Positions 57,216-64,000 of a stretch of DNA of 64,000 nt are shown here, piece by piece. Position 1 is the stretch's first letter; every line of letters begins with the position of its first letter. A program made the translations under genes and the position numbers. The notes beneath the pieces were generated by a model that saw only the letters and a list, made by a program, of their open reading frames with translations, made no database searches and had not been told where the DNA came from. The stretch spans positions 320,001 to 384,000 of the forward strand of contig OY729426.1 in NCBI GenBank assembly GCA_963422365.1, read 5' to 3'. Source of the DNA: Nitrospirales bacterium (lineage in GTDB: Bacteria > Nitrospirota > Nitrospiria > Nitrospirales > UBA8639).

Positions 57216-58514
57216 TCACGGCCGATAATACTTTTTCTTGTCCAATGCCGGGGGCAAATGGGTTTGTTCGGTTTGGGCGCCTCGATCATGATGAACAGAG
57301 CAATACCCTTTTCCGTATCCCATGTCCTTCATCAGCGACGTCACGGCGTTCCGCAAATGCAAGGGAACAGACAGATTGCCAAATGCCTTGGCATCCTTCC
57401 GTGCTTCGATCAGTCCGACATAGGACGCGTTGCTCTTGGGACATGACGCGAGATACGTAGTCCCATGCGCCAAATTAATTTGTGCTTCGGGGAGCCCTAT
57501 CATTTCCACGGCATGGAAAATTGCCGTGGCCACGACGACCGCCATTGGCTCAGCATTGCCAATATCTTCCGAGGCAAAGATGACCATGCGTCGTGCAATA
57601 AATTTGGGGTCTTCACCACCTTCCAGCATCCGTGCCAACCAATACAGCCCGCCATCGGCGTCGGAATCCCGCATGCTCTTGATATAGGCCGAAATCAGGT
57701 TGTAGTGCTCTTCTCCGTCTTTGTCATATCTCACTCGTTGCTGAAGAATCCCCTCCAACTGGGAACGCGCAACGGTGATCGGCTCAGGAAGGGCGGAGCT
57801 TGCTTGCCGAATCACGTAGTCCAAAGCCGTCAGCATTGACCGGGCATCTCCGTTCCCGTACCGAATCAAATACTGTCGCGCCTCGTGGGTCAGCGTCGCC
57901 CCCAATTCCCCAACTCCGCACTCGACGTCATTCAGCGCTCGATCCAGGATCATGCCCATCGCGTCGTCATCCAACGCATGGAGGGTCACGACCATGGCAC
58001 GAGACAAGAGGGGGGCAATGACTTCAAAGGAAGGATTCTGCGTTGTCGCGCCGATGAGGATGATCTCCCCCTTCTCGACATGAGGCAGAAAGGCATCCTG
58101 CTGCGCTTTGTTAAACCGATGAATTTCATCGACGAACAAAATAGTGGCCTGACCATGGATTCGACGTCGCTGTATGGCTTCTTTGATGATCGCTCGAAGC
58201 TCCGGCACGCCACTGACCACGGCGGAAACCGCAACGAATGCCGATTTCGTTTTTTTGGCAATGATCTGCGCCAACGTGGTTTTTCCAGAGCCGGGTGGTC
58301 CCCACAGAATCAGCGAAGGGACCTGATCCGCTTCAATGGCCCGTCGGAGTGATTGATGCTCGGCGAGCACATGGTCCTGGCCGACAAACTCGTCAAACGT
58401 TTGGGGACGGAGCCGCTCGGCTAAGGGACCATGAGATGAGGGAGATGACTGGTGCGTTGGGACAGAAGACGTGACGAACAAATCAGGTTGTCGGCGATCA
58501 TCATCGGATGACAT
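57216..58514 (-). CDS. rarA: Replication-associated recombination protein A
   Basis: PLAERLRP, WGPPGSGKTT, DEIHRFNKAQQD, ASEDIG, VPLHLRNA. Confidence 0.95.
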   Translation of the reverse strand: MSSDDDRRQPDLFVTSSVPTHQSSPSSHGPLAERLRPQTFDEFVGQDHVLAEHQSLRRAIEADQVPSLILWGPPGSGKTTLAQIIAKKTKSAFVAVSAVVSGVPELRAIIKEAIQRRRIHGQATILFVDEIHRFNKAQQDAFLPHVEKGEIILIGATTQNPSFEVIAPLLSRAMVVTLHALDDDAMGMILDRALNDVECGVGELGATLTHEARQYLIRYGNGDARSMLTALDYVIRQASSALPEPITVARSQLEGILQQRVRYDKDGEEHYNLISAYIKSMRDSDADGGLYWLARMLEGGEDPKFIARRMVIFASEDIGNAEPMAVVVATAIFHAVEMIGLPEAQINLAHGTTYLASCPKSNASYVGLIEARKDAKAFGNLSVPLHLRNAVTSLMKDMGYGKGYCSVHHDRGAQTEQTHLPPALDKKKYYRP

Positions 58515-58614
58515 GAGTCCTCATGTCTGCGGTAGGATCCACACGTTCGCCTATGCTATCCTTCCACAGGAAGCCGGTGCAAATGAAATGACTAGCGCCC
58601 TGCCTTATATATCT

Positions 58615-58672
58615 TGTAGCGGCGCCATCTCATGGCGCCCTGCCTGGGCAGCATATGTGATGCTGCAACGAC
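58615..58672. repeat. GTAG-type REP doublet
   Basis: TGTAGCGGCGCCATCTCATGGCGCC...GCAGCATATGTGATGCTGC. Confidence 0.75.
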
Positions 58673-59417
58673 AGAGACACATCTCGCCACCGGTTTTGTG
58701 TTCAGGAATACAACAGCGTCAAAGTCAACACATGCACCCTGCTCCAAGAGGAAACATCAGAGTGGGGATGGTTGTCTAAAGTCTTTGAGGATATTGACCC
58801 CAATATCAATAGCAGTGGTCTTATGGGCTATGCCAGGCGGAGCCACCAACACGGTGTAGATGTTGGGAATCATTTGTATTGGTTGTCATCGAACCAGACA
58901 CTCCTCATTCCTGCGGGCGGATAGTCGTGTAAATCCTACCCAACGGTGGAATTCCGCCAGAGACTCCTGGCCCTTCGTGAATTCAAGGTAGTCTACCAAA
59001 CCAACCTTCACCTAAAAACATGGACAGTCGTTCTGACTGAATGATAGTGTCTGGGTCTACGAGCCATCGGGTGAAGGTGGCTTTGAAGATGTTGAGTCTC
59101 TGACAGATGATTGATTCTATCTTGGATTCTCGTTCTGCAGATAACTTTGGCCAGAGTTTCATCAGAGTCCGGAAGACATCCACCAGCTTGGCAAGGGCTG
59201 TTGTTGCCGTTAGATGCTTGAGGACTTCGACGACTTCCATTAAGACTGCTCCTTCATATCATCCCAGTTGTGCCCAACCTTGACAGAACCAAGGAAGTGG
59301 CCTGGGATACCAAAGATTGTTTCAGTTTGATCGAAGGCTTTTATGATTGGGTCCAAGTCACCCGACTCTTCTAGGTCAATCCCAACCATCAAGTGGAGGC
59401 AGAAAAGGCGGTAGAAA

Positions 59418-59834
59418 ATGGATATTGATTCCTTCGCCAAATATATGAACTTGGTGGTTTTGAAGAAAGGGGAAGTGAGCGTTGGTGCCCTGATCCACAC
59501 AAGCAAACTTTCACAAGGATGGTGGGGAGTATATGAATCACAAGTACAGAAAATGATGAAGGCGAAAGGTGAGGATTGGGGTGTGGTCTTCCTTCTTGGA
59601 AAGTCTAAGGACAGTGCCGGCTATTGGGTTACGAGTGAAAATTTAATACAGGCAGAGTCGACACTCTCCCATTCAAAAAAACACTCTCACATCCATCTTG
59701 GAGATTTAGAAGGAGAAGGCAATCGTCTTTCAGCTAAAAAGTTTTCTACGGTTCAGGACTTCCTTCGATTAAGCGGACTACATCCACCTGAAACAACCGA
59801 GCTGGTCAACATGCAGCGGGACATTAAAGATTGA
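59418..59834 (+). CDS. Hypothetical protein in an AT-rich islet
   Basis: 138-aa ORF with plausible composition; no recognised family. Confidence 0.5.
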   Translation: MDIDSFAKYMNLVVLKKGEVSVGALIHTSKLSQGWWGVYESQVQKMMKAKGEDWGVVFLLGKSKDSAGYWVTSENLIQAESTLSHSKKHSHIHLGDLEGEGNRLSAKKFSTVQDFLRLSGLHPPETTELVNMQRDIKD

Positions 59835-60140
59835 CAAGTCGATTATCAGCGGCCAGAAAGTCGTGATGACAAAATTCACGGTGATTTAGAGACGATGAAA
59901 GCCGGTCTCGCTGATAGAGTAAAAGATATTGCGGTTATGCGGTTATTAGGACTATCCTACAAAAGGGTAGAAGCCTCGCGCGTCGTAGCCGTAGGCTTGG
60001 TATTATGACCGTCGTTAGGGTTCGTCGTATTCGCAGTCTGGCTTGGGTTCTTCAGAGGAACTAAAGGGGAAACCCGCTTTGGACCAGATCCCTTGCCGCT
60101 AATTGAAGCACATCCAAATATTCCTGAGAATTCCCAATAA

Positions 60141-60247
60141 TGTCATTCCTGCGAAAGCAGGAATCCAGTCTCTTCGTCTGCCTTTCATCGTAAGGGTAAG
60201 CACAGAATGAGCCAAGTGGATTCCCGCTAACAACTGTGGGAATGACA
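60141..60247. repeat. GTCATTCC...GGAATGAC palindromic element (dRS3/RPE-like)
   Basis: TGTCATTCCTGCGAAAGCAGGAATCCA ... TGGATTCCCGCTAACAACTGTGGGAATGACA. Confidence 0.8.
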
Positions 60248-60276
60248 GAAGACTAAACAAAACCTGAGAGTTCTTG

Positions 60277-61071
60277 ATGAAAGCATACGTCAACGGCATC
60301 GATTTGGCCTATTCAGATGAAGGACACGGAGCCCCGATCGTTTTTCTCCACGCGTTTCCGCTGAATCGCACCATGTGGGAACCGCAAGTCACCGGACTCG
60401 CGGATCGCTATCGAGTCATCACCATCGACATACGCGGGAATGGAGAATCCGATGCGCCGATGTGGCGCTATACCCTGGACCAGTCCGTCGAAGACATCAA
60501 AGGCTTGCTGGATCAGCTTGCCATTTCTAAAGCGACATTCGTGGGGCTGTCCATGGGTGGGTATATCCTCTTTGCCCTCTATCGGAAGCACCCGGCGCTG
60601 ATTCAGGCGTTTGTGTTGGCCGATACCCGAGCAACCGCCGATATGCCCGAAGCCAAAGCCGCTCGATTCTCCATGGCCCAGATCGCGTATCACCGAGGCC
60701 TGTCGGCCATTGCCGATCTCATGTTGCCCAAATTGTTGAGCCCCGCTTCTTGTGAACACCGTGCAGACTTACAGGATCACCTACGCACGATCATCACCGA
60801 CAATCAGGTCTCCGGGATTGTAGGTGATCTCATGGCCATGGAAGAACGACCGGATTCCACTCCGCTCCTAGCAAGCCTCACCGTTCCGACTTTGGTGATC
60901 GTCGGTGAAGAAGATGTCGCCTCACCACCTGAGGAGGTGGAAGGCATGGCCAAGCAAATCCCCTGTTCAACCTTTGTGCGTATCCCTCACGCCGGACATC
61001 TCTCGAACATGGAAAATCCTGACGCCTTCAACTCGGCGATCCTGACTTTTTTGACATCGTTGAACAAGTGA
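60277..61071 (+). CDS. Alpha/beta fold hydrolase (PcaD-like)
   Basis: FLHAFP, GLSMGG, GEED, AGHLS. Confidence 0.9.
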   Translation: MKAYVNGIDLAYSDEGHGAPIVFLHAFPLNRTMWEPQVTGLADRYRVITIDIRGNGESDAPMWRYTLDQSVEDIKGLLDQLAISKATFVGLSMGGYILFALYRKHPALIQAFVLADTRATADMPEAKAARFSMAQIAYHRGLSAIADLMLPKLLSPASCEHRADLQDHLRTIITDNQVSGIVGDLMAMEERPDSTPLLASLTVPTLVIVGEEDVASPPEEVEGMAKQIPCSTFVRIPHAGHLSNMENPDAFNSAILTFLTSLNK

Positions 61072-61137
61072 GGAGAGGAGGCACTGCAGGACGGATGACA
61101 GGGGCCTTGCCAGAGACCGGTGGTCAGCAATCCAAGC

Positions 61138-61785
61138 TCAGGCGGATCGACCGATGAGCTTCAAGAATTCATCGCGGGTTTGTTGTTCCTTTCGAAACAC
61201 CCCAAGCATATGACTCGTGACGGCTATCGCGTTTTGCTTTTCAACGCCGCGCATCATCATGCACAAATGCTGCGCTTCGATGACGACCCCCACCCCCAAG
61301 GGGGTCAGCGCTGTCTTGAGCGTCTCGGCAATTTCAACCGTCAGGCGTTCTTGAACCTGAAGCCGTCGGCTCAGCACTTCGACGATCCTAGGCATTTTGC
61401 TGAGGCCGACGACCCGTTGATCCGGAATATACCCGATATGGCACTTTCCAAAAAACGGAAGCAGATGATGTTCGCATAAGCTATAAAAATCTATATCCCG
61501 GATAATGACCATCTCGTCATACTCAAGAGGGAACAATGCCCCATTGATGATATCCCGAATGTCTTGATCATACCCTTTCGTCAAAAACGTGAGGGCTTGG
61601 GCGACTCGCTCAGGCGTTTTCTCCAACCCACTGCGTGTCGGATCTTCTCCGAGCAATTTCAAGAGTTGAGCGATCAGCGGCTGTAATGATTCGCCGTCGC
61701 GAGAGGTGAGGGCGGAGGCTGGGACAGCCTTGGTTGTCCGCACACGTTGCGCCGTTGATTCCTTGGGAGAATGACGCTTGCTCAT
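61138..61785 (-). CDS. folE: GTP cyclohydrolase I
   Basis: [35 protein letters not shown]. Confidence 0.95.
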   Translation of the reverse strand: MSKRHSPKESTAQRVRTTKAVPASALTSRDGESLQPLIAQLLKLLGEDPTRSGLEKTPERVAQALTFLTKGYDQDIRDIINGALFPLEYDEMVIIRDIDFYSLCEHHLLPFFGKCHIGYIPDQRVVGLSKMPRIVEVLSRRLQVQERLTVEIAETLKTALTPLGVGVVIEAQHLCMMMRGVEKQNAIAVTSHMLGVFRKEQQTRDEFLKLIGRSA

Positions 61786-61843
61786 AGGGTATGGAGAACG
61801 AAAGGAAACTTTCTTAGGCAGATTGGTGTTCAGGAGAAACGGA

Positions 61844-62257
61844 CTAGCCGGCCTGATATTCGAAATAATTGTCACGTGTTTCAATCAACCCGATTTTTTC
61901 CAACCGTCCCACCGTGACGTGGTTCACCAATTCATCCCAAATAAACTTGACGAGATTTTCGCCGGTGGTCACGAGATGCTGAAATGCCGGATCGTGATTC
62001 AGATGACGGTGATCGAAGCGTTCCACGATTTTTTGGTTCACCAGTCGGTCCAAGGCCTGGACATTCGTCACTTCCCCGGTTTGCGGATCCAGTTCGCCGG
62101 TCACCGTCACGAACACGGTATAGTTATGGCCATGCCCATTGGGGTTGTTGCACTTGCCGAAGACTTTTTGATTGACGTCATCGGGCAAGGCATCCGTATG
62201 CAGCCGGTGGGCCGCGCAGAACTGATATTGACGGGTCACGCAGATTTTTTCCTTCAT
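61844..62257 (-). CDS. queD: 6-pyruvoyl/6-carboxy-tetrahydropterin synthase
   Basis: [29 protein letters not shown]. Confidence 0.82.
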   Translation of the reverse strand: MKEKICVTRQYQFCAAHRLHTDALPDDVNQKVFGKCNNPNGHGHNYTVFVTVTGELDPQTGEVTNVQALDRLVNQKIVERFDHRHLNHDPAFQHLVTTGENLVKFIWDELVNHVTVGRLEKIGLIETRDNYFEYQAG

Positions 62258-62289
62258 CAGGATCGACTCTTTGCGAGCATTATCACGTG

Positions 62290-62637
62290 TCAACTCTTGG
62301 TGGCATTCGAGGAGTCTTGCTGATCGGCAGCCGAGGGCTCCCATTTTTCTGCAGGCACCTGGACCACAACGTCTCCCAGAACCGTGGCTTGGCAACTGAG
62401 ACGATGATAGGGTTCGGTCAGCGCTTCGCGATCGAGCAAGTCCTGCTCTTCAAAATCTATTTCGGATAAATGCTCTCCCCCCACGATCACTTCGACGCGG
62501 CAGGTCGAGCACGAGGCACTCCCGCCGCAGTCATGATTGAGCGGGAAGCCCAAATACTCGGCAGCCTCCAGGAGTGTGACGTTCTCCGGAACCTCACCGT
62601 TTGTGCCTTCCGGATGAAGAAAGGTGACGCGCGGCAT
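62290..62637 (-). CDS. [2Fe-2S] ferredoxin
   Basis: CGGSASCSTC...RLSCQ. Confidence 0.9.
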   Translation of the reverse strand: MPRVTFLHPEGTNGEVPENVTLLEAAEYLGFPLNHDCGGSASCSTCRVEVIVGGEHLSEIDFEEQDLLDREALTEPYHRLSCQATVLGDVVVQVPAEKWEPSAADQQDSSNATKS

Positions 62638-62643
62638 CAGATA

Positions 62644-63951
62644 TCACCCAACGGCAACCGCCGGTTTCTGGGCAGCAGGATTAAAAGGGCAGACCTGTTT
62701 CACGACGTGTTCCTCAAATTCGTGCCGGAACAGACGAAGACTGTTTTGGACTAAGACGGCCGCCCCCGTCACTAACGTGCAATATCCCGTGCCTTTGACA
62801 AACCCGCAAATTTGCAAAAGTTTGTTCAGATCTTCCGGTGTCCCGGTTCCATCCTCGATCTTCGCAACGAGCTCTTCAAGATGTTCCGTTCCAATCCGGC
62901 AGGGGGGACATTGCCCGCAACTTTCTTCTCGAAAAAACGTCGAGAGCTTGAGCGTTTGCGCCACCATGCAGGTCGCATCATCAACGACAATCACCCCTGC
63001 CGACCCCAGCCCGGTCCCGGCCTTTTTCAAGGAATCAAAATCCATCTGAAGATCAAGATCTTCTGGCCCCACCATTGAAAAGGATGGCCCCCCTGGAAAG
63101 ATCGCTTTGATCGTCCGGCCATGAGAAAGGCCTCCCCCACATTCTTCGATTAAATGACGAAGAGGCGTGCCCAAGGGAAGTTCATAGACTCCTGGATGAT
63201 TCACAGCCCCGCTCAACGAAAACAACATCGTTCCCGGGCTTTTTTCTACTCCCACTGCCGTAAACCATTGAGCCCCTTTGCGAATCAGGTGTGGGACGTG
63301 GGACAGAGTTTCGACGTTATTCACCAACGTCGGTTTTCCATGGAGTCCGAAATCAGTTGGGTAAAACGGTGGCTTTTCCTTTGGTTGAGCAGGGCGGCCT
63401 TGCATGGACTCCAACATCGCGGTCTCTTCTCCGGCAACATAACTTCCATGACCTTCGAAAATATCTAGTTCAAGGTCAACACCGGAACCCATCACGTGTT
63501 GACCCAGAAACCCGCTCGTACGGGCTTGTTCCAAGGCCTTCTCGAGACTCGCCCGTGCTTCCAGAAATTCGGCATTCAAGTAAATGTACGCTTCCCGAGC
63601 GCCTATGGTGAAAGCCGCGATCAAACACCCCTCAATCAATTGATGCGGATGGTGTTGGATCAGATAACGATCCTTAAAGGTGCCTGGCTCGTGCTCGCCA
63701 GCGTTGCAGACAAAATATCTCTCTTTCACCCAATGGTGCACTACTTTTTCCCACTTCAAGCCCGTCGGGAATCCGGCTCCGCCCCGACCCCGGAGCAACG
63801 CTCGCTTCAACTCCTCAATAACCTGGTCGGGATTGGAGTCTCGAACCACCTGCTGCCAAGCCTCATACCCGCCACCTTTGATGTAGCCGTCAATATCCCA
63901 AGGCTCACCATCGAGTGGAGTCAGTACCCGAAGTGGGAACTCTTCTTTCAT
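62644..63951 (-). CDS. NuoF-like NADH-binding flavoprotein (start could be at 63996)
   Basis: LRGRGGAGFPTGLKW, YVAGEETA, ESCGQCPPCRIG...C. Confidence 0.88.
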   Translation of the reverse strand: MKEEFPLRVLTPLDGEPWDIDGYIKGGGYEAWQQVVRDSNPDQVIEELKRALLRGRGGAGFPTGLKWEKVVHHWVKERYFVCNAGEHEPGTFKDRYLIQHHPHQLIEGCLIAAFTIGAREAYIYLNAEFLEARASLEKALEQARTSGFLGQHVMGSGVDLELDIFEGHGSYVAGEETAMLESMQGRPAQPKEKPPFYPTDFGLHGKPTLVNNVETLSHVPHLIRKGAQWFTAVGVEKSPGTMLFSLSGAVNHPGVYELPLGTPLRHLIEECGGGLSHGRTIKAIFPGGPSFSMVGPEDLDLQMDFDSLKKAGTGLGSAGVIVVDDATCMVAQTLKLSTFFREESCGQCPPCRIGTEHLEELVAKIEDGTGTPEDLNKLLQICGFVKGTGYCTLVTGAAVLVQNSLRLFRHEFEEHVVKQVCPFNPAAQKPAVAVG

Positions 63952-64000
63952 AAAAATGCCGCAATCCTGGATGAAATCCTCATTCGTCGTGCTCAAATTC

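Overview
Bacterial chromosomal window, most likely from a Nitrospirota (Nitrospirales) genome. This is inferred from the five-subunit 2-oxoacid:ferredoxin oxidoreductase operon, the USP/radical-SAM cluster and the isc cluster layout. Positions 1-12.3 kb are a GC-rich type I restriction-modification defence island: Fic, an MNT-HsdS fusion with an in-frame DUF559 insertion, an RloC-like ATPase-HEPN protein, ImmA/IrrE + DUF4411 PIN, AAA ATPase + DUF4276, and HsdR. The rest is core genome (isc cluster, por-type operon, ahcY/metK/metF, der, glnS, gltX, ABC-F, rarA, folE/queD, nuoF-like) interrupted by several decayed islets, pseudogenes and at least three families of palindromic repeats. Three observations stand out. 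(1) tRNA-Asn(GUU) is interrupted inside the anticodon (position 35/36) by a complete 282-nt group I intron. (2) A DUF559 endonuclease cassette bracketed by palindromic doublets sits in frame in hsdS, and short palindrome-derived in-frame inserts sit in hsdR, which suggests an autonomous/non-autonomous mobile element pair living inside R-M genes. (3) An MNT domain is fused to HsdS directly upstream of a HEPN-bearing RloC-like nuclease. Family names come from motif recognition only; no searches were run.
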